DNA of 64,000 nucleotides from an uncultured candidatus Porisulfidus sp. (GTDB lineage Bacteria; Pseudomonadota; Gammaproteobacteria; Poriferisulfidales; Oxydemutatoraceae): NCBI GenBank assembly GCA_963693105.1, contig OY843752.1, positions 776,646 to 840,645 of the forward strand, read 5' to 3'. Shown piece by piece: positions 53,501 to 64,000 of this stretch (position 1 is its first letter; each line of letters starts with the position of its first letter). The notes under the pieces were generated by a model. It saw only the letters and a program-made list of their open reading frames with translations, ran no database searches and was not told where the DNA came from. The position numbers and the translations under genes were made by a program.

Positions 53501-54464
53501 CTCGTGGGATTTGATGCAACTCAAGCGGTGGTGGTCGCAAACCGGCTTTCATATCCGGACGTTGCGCGATCATCCCGAATGTGCGTCGCAGGAACTGGAC
53601 AGCGTGTGCGACGGCGCCGATCCCGGACTGGGCGCGGCGTTGACCTTCAATCCGGCCGAAGGCGCGGCTCCGGCGGCCGGCGCGCGGCCCGGGGTGGCCC
53701 CCAGGGTGGCTGTGTTGCGCGAGCAGGGCGTCAATGGCCACATGGAAATGGCGTCGGCCTTCGCTCGCGCCGGTTTCGATGTCCACGATGTGCATATGAG
53801 CGATTTGATCGCGGGGCGCGAGGACCTGCGGTCGTTTCACGGCCTTGCCGCCTGCGGCGGCTTCTCCTACGGCGATGTGCTCGGCGCCGGCGCCGGCTGG
53901 GCGCAGTCCATTCTGCTGCACGAGCGTGTGCGCGACGCGTTTGCGGGTTTTCTTGCGCGCGAGAATACCTTTGTGCTCGGTGTCTGCAACGGTTGCCAGA
54001 TGTTGTCGCGGTTGTCCGGGATGATTCCCGGCTCCTCTCACTGGCCGCGTTTCGAGCGCAACCGTTCCGACCAGTTCGAGGCGCGGCTGGTCCTGGTCGA
54101 GATTTTGCCGTCGCCTTCGATTCTGCTGTCGGGCATGGAAGGTTCGACGGTGCCCGTTGTCGTCTCCCACGGCGAGGGGCGCGCCGTTTTCGGAGAAGAC
54201 ACCCTGCGCCGGGCGCAGCCTTTCATCTGTCTGCGTTACGTGGACAACCACGGTCGCGTGACCGAACATTACCCGCAGAATCCGAATGGCAGCGTCGGCG
54301 GCGTTACCGGATTGTGCAGCGAAGACGGCCGCGTCACGATCATGATGCCCCATCCCGAGCGGCTGTTTCGCAGTTGCCAGTATTCCTGGCATCCGCGCGA
54401 CTGGGGGGAGGAAGGTCCGTGGTTGCGACTGTTCCAGAATGCCCGCCGCTGGCTGGCGGCATAG
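50583..54464 (+). CDS. purL: Phosphoribosylformylglycinamidine synthase (large type)
   Basis: NSEHCRHK, KVETHNHPT, GGEIRDE, GVCNGCQM, MMPHPER. Confidence 0.97.
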   Translation: MQILYGPPPLSEFRRRQLLARLQSVCAAVSGLQAATVYFLDMDGDPGERVRRRLGSLLAPDGAPASAAPAATDATVYVIPRTGTVSPWSSKATDIFHVCGLEQVRRVERGACYCVQARRKLSAAEHGACAVLLHDRMTEAVCDSPPPSGRVFAHAAARPLREVALDVDPLDQLQSVNRDWGLALSQDEMAYLLDHYSGQKRAPTDAELMMFAQANSEHCRHKLFNAEWTLDGCRREKTLFEMIRHTHACSPHGVLSAYEDNAAVVAGAVARRLVIDAETRRYRYVEEEQPILIKVETHNHPTAISPFPGAATGAGGEIRDEAATGRGGRPKAGLTGFSVSNLRIPDFIQPWEGPEKRPSRIASPLQIMIEGPIGSAGFNNEFGRPNLCGYFRTFEHGGNGRTWGYHKPMMVAGGLGSLRAAHVAKQAFADGTPLVVFGGPAMRIGLGGGSASSVGGGASSEELDFASVQRDNAEIQRRCQEVIEQCTALGAGNPILAIHDVGAGGLANALPELVHGAGLGGRFELREIPCADHGLSPMEIWCNEAQERYVAAVSAARLPDFLGFCDRERCPVAVIGRATAQRQLIVEDRLFGRDAVHMPMPVLLGNPPRGSRSVAAASYAAGASSLDGMELGEAVERVLKIPAVASKSFLITIGDRSVSGLVVRDQMVGPWQTPVADAAVTAADYSGCAGEAMAMGERTPVAIGNAPASGRLAVTEALLNIMSADVRALGDVRLSANWMAAAGDDAQAAALFDTVHAVAQELCPELGIAIPVGKDSLSMQMAWQADGRSEQVVSPLSLVVSAFAPVADVRDTLTPQLDPGVPGARLWLVDLGGGRNRLGGSCLMQAYGRIGGEPPDLDEPRKLTALFALLRELRDRGMLLAYHDRSDGGLFACLVEMAFAGHCGVRCDPGETGADFMAPLFSEEPGVVIQVTAQAAKLLPSLARRHGLSSDCRDVGCCISELNFEIRGGGLSRSWDLMQLKRWWSQTGFHIRTLRDHPECASQELDSVCDGADPGLGAALTFNPAEGAAPAAGARPGVAPRVAVLREQGVNGHMEMASAFARAGFDVHDVHMSDLIAGREDLRSFHGLAACGGFSYGDVLGAGAGWAQSILLHERVRDAFAGFLARENTFVLGVCNGCQMLSRLSGMIPGSSHWPRFERNRSDQFEARLVLVEILPSPSILLSGMEGSTVPVVVSHGEGRAVFGEDTLRRAQPFICLRYVDNHGRVTEHYPQNPNGSVGGVTGLCSEDGRVTIMMPHPERLFRSCQYSWHPRDWGEEGPWLRLFQNARRWLAA

Positions 54465-54477
54465 TGCAACCCCGGCG

Positions 54478-55695
54478 ATGAGCACGATGGAACCCGTACT
54501 GCACGAGCGTCTCGGCCGTTGCGCCGCGGCGGCGCCGGATTATTTCTCATTCGGGGGCGAAAAGATTCCGAGGTTCACGGCGGAGTTCTGGACCGCAAAG
54601 CAGCGGCAAGGCAACCCGATTCACGAAATCTCATACAGAGCGTGCTTCAAGGCGCAACTGCCCGGTTTCTTCATCCGCCTGCTGTCGGCTGCGGGCGATG
54701 TAATCTACGACCCGTTCGCGGGACGCGGCACCACGGCCATCGAGGCGGCCCTGAACGGGCGAATCCCGGTGTCCAATGACGTCAATCCGCTGAGCGAGGT
54801 CCTGGCAAGACCGAGAATCGAGCCGCCGTCGCTCGATGAGGTGCAAGACAGGCTCCGGGAGTATCCGGCCTCGCCGCGGCGCGCGGAGGACGCCGGCCTG
54901 TCCATGTTCTACCATCCCGATACCGAGGCGGAAATCCTGTCCCTCAGGGAGGAGTTGCAATCGAGACGGGCGCGCGCGACCGAAGACGCCGTTGACCGGT
55001 GGATCAGAATGGTGGCCACGAATCGGCTGACCGGACATTCCCCCGGTTTTTTCTCCGTCTATACGCTGCCGCCGAACCAGGCCGTCTCGCGCGACGGGCA
55101 GATCAGGATCAACCGCAAGCGCAAGCAGGTGCCGCCTTACAGAAACACCCGCGAGCTCATCGTCAAAAAATCACGGCAATTGCTGTCCGGCATGGATTCG
55201 GCGAGTCGGGACGCGATGCGCCGCCATGCCCGCCGCGCAGTCTTCATCGCGGGCGATGCCGGCGAAACGCCGGACATCCCGGACGCCGCGGTTTCCCTGA
55301 CGGTGACTTCGCCGCCTTTTCTCGACACCGTTCAGTACTCGAAGGACAACTGGCTGCGGTGCTGGTTCAACGGGATTGACATTGCCGCCGTCGAGCGGAG
55401 CGCGACGTTGACCGGAAACGTTAGCGCCTGGGGAAAAGCCATGGCAAAAGTTTTCCTGGAATTGCACAGGGTAACCCGGCCCGGCGGCTGGGTCGCCTTT
55501 GAGGTAGGCGAAGTCAGAAACGGCCGCATTCGCCTTGAAGAATATGTCCTGTCGCCGGGGACGGCGGCCGGTTTTTCGTGCAAGGCGGTCGTAATCAACC
55601 GCCAGAAATTCACCAAGACGTCGAACATCTGGGGGGTCGGCAACAACCGGCGCGGGACCAATACCAACCGGATCGTGTTGTTCAGAAAAGAGTAG
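54478..55695 (+). CDS. N4-cytosine/N6-adenine DNA methyltransferase-like protein (orphan)
   Basis: SAM-binding YDPFAGRGTT precedes catalytic VTSPPF (alpha-type motif order). Confidence 0.75.
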   Translation: MSTMEPVLHERLGRCAAAAPDYFSFGGEKIPRFTAEFWTAKQRQGNPIHEISYRACFKAQLPGFFIRLLSAAGDVIYDPFAGRGTTAIEAALNGRIPVSNDVNPLSEVLARPRIEPPSLDEVQDRLREYPASPRRAEDAGLSMFYHPDTEAEILSLREELQSRRARATEDAVDRWIRMVATNRLTGHSPGFFSVYTLPPNQAVSRDGQIRINRKRKQVPPYRNTRELIVKKSRQLLSGMDSASRDAMRRHARRAVFIAGDAGETPDIPDAAVSLTVTSPPFLDTVQYSKDNWLRCWFNGIDIAAVERSATLTGNVSAWGKAMAKVFLELHRVTRPGGWVAFEVGEVRNGRIRLEEYVLSPGTAAGFSCKAVVINRQKFTKTSNIWGVGNNRRGTNTNRIVLFRKE

Positions 55696-55788
55696 GCGCG
55701 GTGCGGGTTTGCGGGCGCGCGTTTTGCGCCACTTGCAACTTTGCCGCGGTTGCCACAATATATTCGGTGAAGCGAACAGAGGTTCAAT

Positions 55789-56733
55789 ATGCTGATACAA
55801 ATCACAAAGCGTTCACAACCAGAACCGTCGGAAATTACACCGCACGCGGTTTATATGAGGCGCCGCGAGTTCATCAAGGCAGGCGGCGGCGTGCTGGCCG
55901 CGGGCCTGTTGCCGGGTGTTGCGGGCGCCGCCCTGGGGCCGGAGTTCGGCGATCTTCCGGACAGCCGCTACAACACGGACGAGGAATTGACGTCGTATCA
56001 CAATGTCACGACCTACAACAATTTTTACGAACTCGGCACCGGCAAGGCGGACCCCCACAAGAATGCCGATAAACTGGTCACCGAACCGTGGAATATCAAG
56101 GTGTCGGGCGAGTGCAACAAGCCCGGTGTCTATGCGCTCGAGGACTTTGTCAAGCCGCACAAACTGGAGGACAGGATTTACCGCCTGCGCTGCGTCGAGG
56201 CCTGGTCCATGGTCATTCCCTGGGTCGGTTTCGAGGTGGCCGAAGTGGTGAAGCGCTGCGAGCCGAACTCCAATGCCAGATATGTTGCCTTCACGACCAT
56301 TCTCGACCCCGAGAATCTGTCGGAGCAAAGGCGCCGGACTCTGAACTGGCCCTATAAAGAGGGACTGAGGCTGGATGAGGCCATGAACCCGCTGGCGATT
56401 TTTGCGGTGGGGCTTTACGGCAAGGTCCTGCCGAACCAGAACGGCGCGCCGCTGAGACTGGTGGTGCCGTGGAAATACGGATTCAAGAGCATCAAATCCA
56501 TCGTCGCGATGGAATTCACGCGCGATGAGCCGCCGACGGCGTGGGGCAGGGCGGCGCCGAGAGAGTACGGTTTTTATTCCAACGTCAATCCCCAGGTCAG
56601 CCATCCGCGCTGGTCGCAGAGGCGCGAGCGTCGCATCGGCGAGTTTCGCAAGCGCAAGACCCGGATGTTCAACGGCTACGAGGACGAAGTCGGACACCTC
56701 TACGCGGGCATGGATCTGAAAAAACACTTCTGA
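55789..56733 (+). CDS. msrP: Protein-methionine-sulfoxide reductase, molybdopterin catalytic subunit
   Basis: Tat motif [40 protein letters not shown]. Confidence 0.96.
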   Translation: MLIQITKRSQPEPSEITPHAVYMRRREFIKAGGGVLAAGLLPGVAGAALGPEFGDLPDSRYNTDEELTSYHNVTTYNNFYELGTGKADPHKNADKLVTEPWNIKVSGECNKPGVYALEDFVKPHKLEDRIYRLRCVEAWSMVIPWVGFEVAEVVKRCEPNSNARYVAFTTILDPENLSEQRRRTLNWPYKEGLRLDEAMNPLAIFAVGLYGKVLPNQNGAPLRLVVPWKYGFKSIKSIVAMEFTRDEPPTAWGRAAPREYGFYSNVNPQVSHPRWSQRRERRIGEFRKRKTRMFNGYEDEVGHLYAGMDLKKHF

Positions 56734-56734
56734 T

Positions 56735-57367
56735 TTGAGCAACGGTATCGCCACCGGCGTTTCTCCGGAGAGCGGGCGCGTCATTCTCATCGCCAGGGTT
56801 TTCGTTCATGCGGCCTGCCTGCTGCCGCTGGCCTGGCTTGTGTGGACGGGCCTTTACCGCGACCTCGGCGCCAACCCCATCGAGTACATCACGCGCTTTC
56901 TCGGCGACTGGACGTTGCGCCTGTTGCTGATTACGCTGACGTTCACGCCCGCCGCCCGGTTGCTGCGCGTCAGGATTGTGCGTTACCGGCGCGCGGTCGG
57001 TCTGTATTGCTTCTTTTATGCCGTGTGCCATTTCGTGACGTATATCTGGCTCGACCAGTTCTTCGATTGGCCGTCCATTGTCGAGGACATCGCCAAGCGG
57101 CCTTTTATTCTCGCCGGTTTCACCGCGTTCGTGCTGCTCATTCCCCTGGCCGCGACCTCCAACGGCGCCGCCGTGAGGTGGCTGCAACACCGCTGGAACA
57201 AACTGCACCGCCTGGTTTACGTCATCGCCATCGTCGGCCTGCTGCATTACTGGTGGCTGGTGCGCGCCGATTTTCTGAAAGCGTGGATTTATCTCGTGAT
57301 TCTGGCGATACTGCTGGGCTACCGCCTCGTGCGTTTCGCCGCGGCCAGGGGCGGTGTGAGTCGTTGA
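56735..57367 (+). CDS. msrQ: Protein-methionine-sulfoxide reductase, heme-binding membrane subunit
   Basis: LGANP, YRRAVGL, WNKLHRLVY, LHYWW. Confidence 0.94.
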   Translation: MSNGIATGVSPESGRVILIARVFVHAACLLPLAWLVWTGLYRDLGANPIEYITRFLGDWTLRLLLITLTFTPAARLLRVRIVRYRRAVGLYCFFYAVCHFVTYIWLDQFFDWPSIVEDIAKRPFILAGFTAFVLLIPLAATSNGAAVRWLQHRWNKLHRLVYVIAIVGLLHYWWLVRADFLKAWIYLVILAILLGYRLVRFAAARGGVSR

Positions 57368-57420
57368 CAGGCTCCGGCAGGCCGGGTACGATGGGGTGAT
57401 TGCCGCGAGTAATGATTCTG

Positions 57421-57741
57421 ATGTTTGGATTGTTCAAGAAAAAACCCAAAGATTTCAAGGCGACGATTGCCAACACCGGCGAGACTTTTGAAGTGTCCGG
57501 CGGTATCAACCTGTTGCAGGCGGCGCTCAACGCCGGTATCCAGTGGCCGCATGACTGCCGGGTCGGCAGTTGCGGCACCTGCCGTTGCCTGTTGAAAGAA
57601 GGCAAAGTCAAGCCATTGAACGACTTCTCCTATGTCCTCGACAAGGAGATGCTCGACCGCGGCATGATCCTGGCCTGCCAGGCGAGACTGCAAAGCGACG
57701 TAACCGTCGAAGTGGATTTCGAACAGGGCGCGTTGCGCTGA
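57421..57741 (+). CDS. Plant-type [2Fe-2S] ferredoxin-domain protein
   Basis: CRVGSCGTC...LACQ. Confidence 0.88.
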   Translation: MFGLFKKKPKDFKATIANTGETFEVSGGINLLQAALNAGIQWPHDCRVGSCGTCRCLLKEGKVKPLNDFSYVLDKEMLDRGMILACQARLQSDVTVEVDFEQGALR

Positions 57742-57744
57742 CGG

Positions 57745-58662
57745 TCAGCGCGCGAGCCGTTCCAGCACCTGCAACGACGGCGTGAAAAACATCGCGCCGG
57801 ACACCGGCGCAGTGTAGTCCGTCAGGCGGTCGTGCAGGCCGTCGCCGGTCTGTCCGTACATGCGCGCCAGCATCTTGTCGATGATGTCGAGGTCTTTCGT
57901 GTAGGCGGCGAAGAACAGCCCGCTTTCGCCAGCCAGCGAGTGATACGCCATGCTGTGGCGCACGATTTCAAGTTCCTCGCCGTTTTCCTCTATGACCACG
58001 CGGCGGATGTGCGCCGTCGCCGGTTTCTCTTCGTCGGGCAGTTCGACGCTGTCGGGTTTGGTGCGGCCGATGATTTTTTCCTGCTCTTTCACGTCCAGCC
58101 GCGACCATGGTTCGAGGTGGTGCCGGTAGCGCTGCGTGAACACAAAACTTCCGCCCGCGAATTCGCCGTCGTCAATCAGTGCGGTTGCGGCGCGCGCCCG
58201 GTCTCCTTCCGGATTTTCGGTTCCATCTATGAAGCCGGTCAGGTCGCGTGAGTCGAGGTACTCGCTGCACGGTGTCTCCTCGGTGATTTCAAGCAGGCCG
58301 GCGAGTGGGCGAATGATTCTTCGCAGGGCCTCGTAGTTGAGGTCAACGCGGCCGGAGTTGACATGGAAGAAGACATCGCCGCCGGTTGCCGGGGCGGACA
58401 GCGTTTTGCCCTCGATGGGCCTGAAGGTCCGCAAGCCGCCGGGCTGCGCGCCGGGCGCCAGGCGTTGCCACGCGGATTGTCCGAAACTGGCCGCGCCGTT
58501 GACGCGCGCGCCGGGTTCCGAGACTTCTTCCAGTATCCGGGGCAACGATGCACACGCCGTGGCGAGTGCCGCGACATCCGCCGCCTGTTCGCTTGTTCTG
58601 GCGGTTACAAACAGGCTGTGCCGGGCGGGTTGCGGCAGGATGACGGATTGGGGTTGTTGCAT
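57745..58662 (-). CDS. Dyp-type heme peroxidase (YfeX-like)
   Basis: RDLTGFIDGTENP (GXXDG), QEKIIGRTK, AHIRR; start at ATG 58662. Confidence 0.92.
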   Translation of the reverse strand: MQQPQSVILPQPARHSLFVTARTSEQAADVAALATACASLPRILEEVSEPGARVNGAASFGQSAWQRLAPGAQPGGLRTFRPIEGKTLSAPATGGDVFFHVNSGRVDLNYEALRRIIRPLAGLLEITEETPCSEYLDSRDLTGFIDGTENPEGDRARAATALIDDGEFAGGSFVFTQRYRHHLEPWSRLDVKEQEKIIGRTKPDSVELPDEEKPATAHIRRVVIEENGEELEIVRHSMAYHSLAGESGLFFAAYTKDLDIIDKMLARMYGQTGDGLHDRLTDYTAPVSGAMFFTPSLQVLERLAR

Positions 58663-58765
58663 GGTTCCGGAGTCCACGAGAATTCTAAGCAATTCGTCCC
58701 CGGGATTCCATACGCGAATGTATTTTGGGTATAATTTCCCTGTGTTCATGAATGGGAGGAAACGG

Positions 58766-60583
58766 ATGAATTCAATGATTTGCGCGCCGAGGCGCCGGTT
58801 GAGCGGTTTTATTTCAGTTGCGCTGCTGGGCGCGGTCATGCTGGCGGCAGTCGCGCCGGCCAGCGTACAGGGTGCTGGCCGAAGCGGAATGTACGCCGGA
58901 CTGGATCTCGGGCTGGTGTCTGCGGATGAACTGGCGACCAGGGGAATGGATACGGACGTGCTGACATTGTGCGATGAGCTGATTCCTCTTCCGACGGGTG
59001 TCAGCAGGCCAACGGACTGCGGCACCGGTGATGCATGGAGCAACAGCTTTGATTCCGAAGCGGGCGTCATGGGCGGTGTTCAACTGGGATGGTTCTATCA
59101 GAATTTCCGTTTTGAACTCGAATACGCTTACTCGGCTTCCGACGGCGACCGCGGCCCGATTAACGATTTGCTCACGGGCAAGGAGAACGAATTCATATAC
59201 CAGAACGAAAAGTTTGAGAACATCACCAGCCACGACCTGTTTATGAATGCTTATGTGGATTTGCTGGCCGGTTCGGATTTTACGCCGTATATCGGCTTCG
59301 GTGTCGGCTGGCGCAGAATGGAACTGGACTACACCGGGGTTTTTATCAGGAACACTTCTGCCGTTTTTGAAGGCAATCCGCAGCTGCAGGACAGGCGCAA
59401 CGCCGCCGGCACGCTTTCGCGCACCGAGAAGAAACTGGACGACGACCTGTTCGGCTACCAGTTGATCGTGGGCGGAGATTACGCGGTGGATGACCACCTC
59501 ACGGTGGGCGCCAAATTCCGCTACATGCGGTTTGACGAGTTTGACGGAGGTTACCAGCCGTCTGATTTTCTGAGAAGTCACGACTCCATCGTCAGGGTGA
59601 ACGGCGTTGACCGCCCGGTGGTCAATAGAGTGGAGACTGAAAAAATAGACAACTGGGTCGTCAGCCTGAATCTCAAATACGCGTTCTCGGGGACCGGCGC
59701 CCCGGCGCGAAGCGGCGCTTCCATGGGCTCCGACCGCAGTGGCATGTATGTCGGGCTTGACCTCGGCATGGTGTTTCCGGATGACATGGACGCCGATGTG
59801 GGCGACAACGATGTGGCCACATTGTGTGACAGCAATATTTTCAAGGCGGATAACTCGGACCCGATGGATACCCGCGCCGTGGGGTTGTTGACAAGCGGGT
59901 GCGGAGCCGGAGACAGTTGGACCAACAGTTTCGATCCCGACACGGGCATCCTCAGCGGCCTCAACGTGGGTTGGCTTCATGGAAACTTCCGGACCGAACT
60001 CGAGTATTTCCGCTGGGCCGCCGATGGCGACAGTGGGCCGATTGCGGATTTGAACGATGCCACGGGCAAGGATGCGGAATTCCAGTTCCAGAACGAGTCG
60101 GTTGACAACATCGTCAGCCACAACCTGTTCGCGAACGTCTATTACGATTTTGTCGGTCATTCCAGATTCACGCCGTACATCGGCGCGGGTCTCGGCTGGC
60201 AGAAAATGAGCTTCGACTACGATGCGACCATTCTCAGGAACACGGATGCCGTTTTTGCGGGAGACGCGCAATTGGTGGCAAGGCGGGCCGCCGCCGGCAC
60301 GGTCACGCGTCTGGAGGAGGAACTGGATGACAACCTGTTCGGCTACCAGTTGATCGCGGGCGTGGACTATGCGCTGACCGACCATCTGGCCGTGGGCGGG
60401 AAACTTCGATACACGCGCTTCGATGATTTTGACGGAGGCCGCAACGAGTATGACCAGCTGAGAAGCCACGAATCAATGACCGGCCGCGCCACGGATCCCG
60501 ACAGCCGCGTCGTAACGCACAAGCTGGAAATAGACGAACTGGAAACCTGGGGCCTCAGCCTGAACCTGAAATACCTGTTCTGA
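58766..60583 (+). CDS. Outer-membrane protein with two tandem OmpA/Opa/Msp-like beta-barrel domains
   Basis: RBS GGAGGA, signal peptide, two homologous units (SGMYxGLDLG...FRxELEY...FTPYIGxGxGW...FGYQLIxGxDY...LNLKYxF), C-terminal Phe. Confidence 0.85.
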   Translation: MNSMICAPRRRLSGFISVALLGAVMLAAVAPASVQGAGRSGMYAGLDLGLVSADELATRGMDTDVLTLCDELIPLPTGVSRPTDCGTGDAWSNSFDSEAGVMGGVQLGWFYQNFRFELEYAYSASDGDRGPINDLLTGKENEFIYQNEKFENITSHDLFMNAYVDLLAGSDFTPYIGFGVGWRRMELDYTGVFIRNTSAVFEGNPQLQDRRNAAGTLSRTEKKLDDDLFGYQLIVGGDYAVDDHLTVGAKFRYMRFDEFDGGYQPSDFLRSHDSIVRVNGVDRPVVNRVETEKIDNWVVSLNLKYAFSGTGAPARSGASMGSDRSGMYVGLDLGMVFPDDMDADVGDNDVATLCDSNIFKADNSDPMDTRAVGLLTSGCGAGDSWTNSFDPDTGILSGLNVGWLHGNFRTELEYFRWAADGDSGPIADLNDATGKDAEFQFQNESVDNIVSHNLFANVYYDFVGHSRFTPYIGAGLGWQKMSFDYDATILRNTDAVFAGDAQLVARRAAAGTVTRLEEELDDNLFGYQLIAGVDYALTDHLAVGGKLRYTRFDDFDGGRNEYDQLRSHESMTGRATDPDSRVVTHKLEIDELETWGLSLNLKYLF

Positions 60584-60808
60584 GGCGCGGTTTTTCTAGT
60601 AGGTATAGTTTTTGTGAGAGCCCTTGTTATAAAGAACTAGATTGAGTCCTGAAACATAACTAAATGGCGCACTAATCCAGCTGATGGGATATATTCTGGG
60701 GTTTGGCGGGGTTGTTGCTATGGCTAGCCGTAGCGACAAATGGTTTGTTTGATTCTGAAGGGAATTACACAAGGAAACACAACGTCTGATTTCCATTTAA
60801 GACGATGC

Positions 60809-61543
60809 CTATTCCGCCATTTTCAATATCATCCGTTCTAGGGCTCCTGTCGAGAAGCACACAAAAGGATGGGTGTCTTTTGATGAATATAACTCATTGC
60901 TGTTGAATGCATGGATAGATTTTGTATCAGGGATAGGCCATCTCGCCAGCTGACGGCCGCTAAATGCCTCCTGAGCAATATCACCCGTTATCTGTATTGT
61001 TAAGATGTATCTTATATTAGTAACAATTTCAGTACCTTGCCTTTCTGTATTTGGTGCCATATAAATGTTGATTCTTCCTTCCAAATCTGTTTTTCGATTG
61101 ACATAGGCATTGTACGCATGTACGTGATAAGCATCACCAACCGATACAGCAAACCTAGAATCTACTGAATCATAGGCAATCTTATAGGAGGAATCGGCTG
61201 CAACTGCGTAAGTATAATCTTTTTGTTCGTCGCCTCTCTTATATGTTCTAGTTGTAGTTCCGCAATCAACATAATCCTCAGGAGAGTTGGTGGAAAAAGA
61301 AACGTTAATTAAACGTGATTCTTTAGAGATGTTATTTACAATGAAGAAACTTTCTGTCAATTGCTTCACTAATTTATCCCATATGGAGTTAAAATGCCCA
61401 TCGACTATTGCACGATTCACAACTTCATCAGATTCCCCTGCCCCTTGTTGATAATTTTCAGTATTAAACCCCTTTGCAGTACAGCCACTGAGTACGCTTG
61501 CCACAAGCAACGACAAGATAAAACTCTTGCTTAAATTTTTCAT
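60809..61543 (-). CDS. AT-rich hypothetical lipoprotein
   Basis: MKNLSK plus hydrophobic stretch and lipobox LSGC; clearly lower GC than its neighbours. Confidence 0.75.
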   Translation of the reverse strand: MKNLSKSFILSLLVASVLSGCTAKGFNTENYQQGAGESDEVVNRAIVDGHFNSIWDKLVKQLTESFFIVNNISKESRLINVSFSTNSPEDYVDCGTTTRTYKRGDEQKDYTYAVAADSSYKIAYDSVDSRFAVSVGDAYHVHAYNAYVNRKTDLEGRINIYMAPNTERQGTEIVTNIRYILTIQITGDIAQEAFSGRQLARWPIPDTKSIHAFNSNELYSSKDTHPFVCFSTGALERMILKMAE

Positions 61544-61872
61544 TATCTTTCTTCAGGCCCCCATATTATTTGGTGAAACTTAAAACTAGCCGCAACAGGC
61601 CATCTTGAATTGCTGGAATTTTATCATAATTCAATTCACGGACATGAACAGTGCGGTATAAGTTTTGTTGCTTGGTATGTCGTATATTGTTTTCTGAATT
61701 AGCCACATTGGTTGCCTAAATAACAGATGGCGCTTAAGGGATTGCATGTAGTCGCAAGCTGGTTTCACTTGCCTGCAGGCTGTGAAATGCCATATTTTCA
61801 ATGGGTTGCCGTTGCGGAGTCCCCCCAAATAAGGGCCTTGACTACTTTGGGCTTACACGGCCCTGCAGGCCC

Positions 61873-61943
61873 TTGCAAAGGGCCGGGAAAAGTTGTTATA
61901 ATACGCATCTCGCGCCGGAAGAGTCCGGCGCTGTTCTTTGATA
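61873..61943 (+). promoter_or_regulatory. rrn promoter with boxB/boxA antitermination elements
   Basis: TTGCAA-N18-TATAAT with extended TGn; hairpin CGCCGGA..TCCGGCG; boxA-like TGTTCTTTGATA at 61932. Confidence 0.75.
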
Positions 61944-62093
61944 AACATATCGACAGCTCAATTAGTCAGATAGTTTGTGTGGGCGCTTGCGTTTTGCAAG
62001 TCGCAAACTTCAGCAGTCCGGATGCCGCGCATTGCGTGGTTTGAAGGTCGGCTGAATCTCACAAGTCCGCGGCGTAAGCCGCAACCAAAAATT

Positions 62094-63654
<1,561 letters not shown>

Positions 63655-63736
63655 AGAGAAAGCGACGCGCATGTGCAAGCGTCCTCACAAACTTTTCTGA
63701 CTCAAAGAGTCTGTCCTTAATTATCTTTTTGCAGTA

Positions 63737-64000
63737 ATGCCTGTTGTCCGGGTGCTCGCCCGAATAAGCCGCTTGCTGCCCGTGTTGCTGACGCAACCGG
63801 GCGGAGGCATCGTGCTCGCCGACCACGGCGAACCCGAGCGGGTCGTCGTCGTCGGCAGACAACTGGACAACAACACGCTGTACCCCCGAACGGAATTGCC
63901 GCCGGCGCCGGACCTCGCCAACCTGATGGCGCGGTTTCCGGGCGGCGGCGTCGCCGCCAACGGCCGCTTGAGCGGCCAGATGCAGCACCGGGGCCTGTTC
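63737..64000 (+). CDS. N-terminus of a probable TonB-dependent receptor (runs off the window; not in the ORF track)
   Basis: MPVVRVLARISRLLPVLL...ERVVVVGR...PDLANLMARFPGGGVAANGRLSGQMQHRGLF: signal-like start, TonB-box-like segment and plug start. Confidence 0.7.
   Translation, partial: MPVVRVLARISRLLPVLLTQPGGGIVLADHGEPERVVVVGRQLDNNTLYPRTELPPAPDLANLMARFPGGGVAANGRLSGQMQHRGLF

Noticed and set aside
57745-58662. DyP as encapsulin cargo
   Set aside because: No C-terminal targeting extension and no adjacent encapsulin gene

Overview
This window is a GC-rich gammaproteobacterial chromosome segment (class inferred from the 16S sequence and gene order). The housekeeping backbone is thiC, slt, metY, psd, aroC, aat, trxB, ftsK-lolA, smpB, ratA-rnfH, bamE-fur-recN-nadK-grpE-dnaK-dnaJ-dapB, bfd-bfr, ssrA, purL, msrPQ and a 16S rRNA gene. 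The main discovery candidate is a split NHLP/proteusin-type RiPP system. An operon at 10.2-23.7 kb encodes TolC, an NHLP-type HlyD adaptor, a C39-peptidase ABC exporter, a second ABC exporter, two tandem SagB/ThcOx-type azoline oxidases, a sulfotransferase and a CHR transporter. It has no precursor, YcaO or radical-SAM gene, and a partner-switching module (RsbW-like, REC-PP2C, histidine kinase, STAS) brackets it. About 7 kb downstream, between trxB and ftsK, a stand-alone NHLP-leader precursor carries a 95-aa, almost uncharged Gly/Ala/Val core. Other oddities are a 16S gene followed directly by a protein-coding gene (apparently unlinked from 23S), a tandem double beta-barrel surface protein, a C24 homopolymer that sets the stop of an AT-rich sulfotransferase next to a secreted DNA ligase, and an mtoX gene without its usual maturation genes. 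All calls come from motif recognition by eye; no database searches were run.
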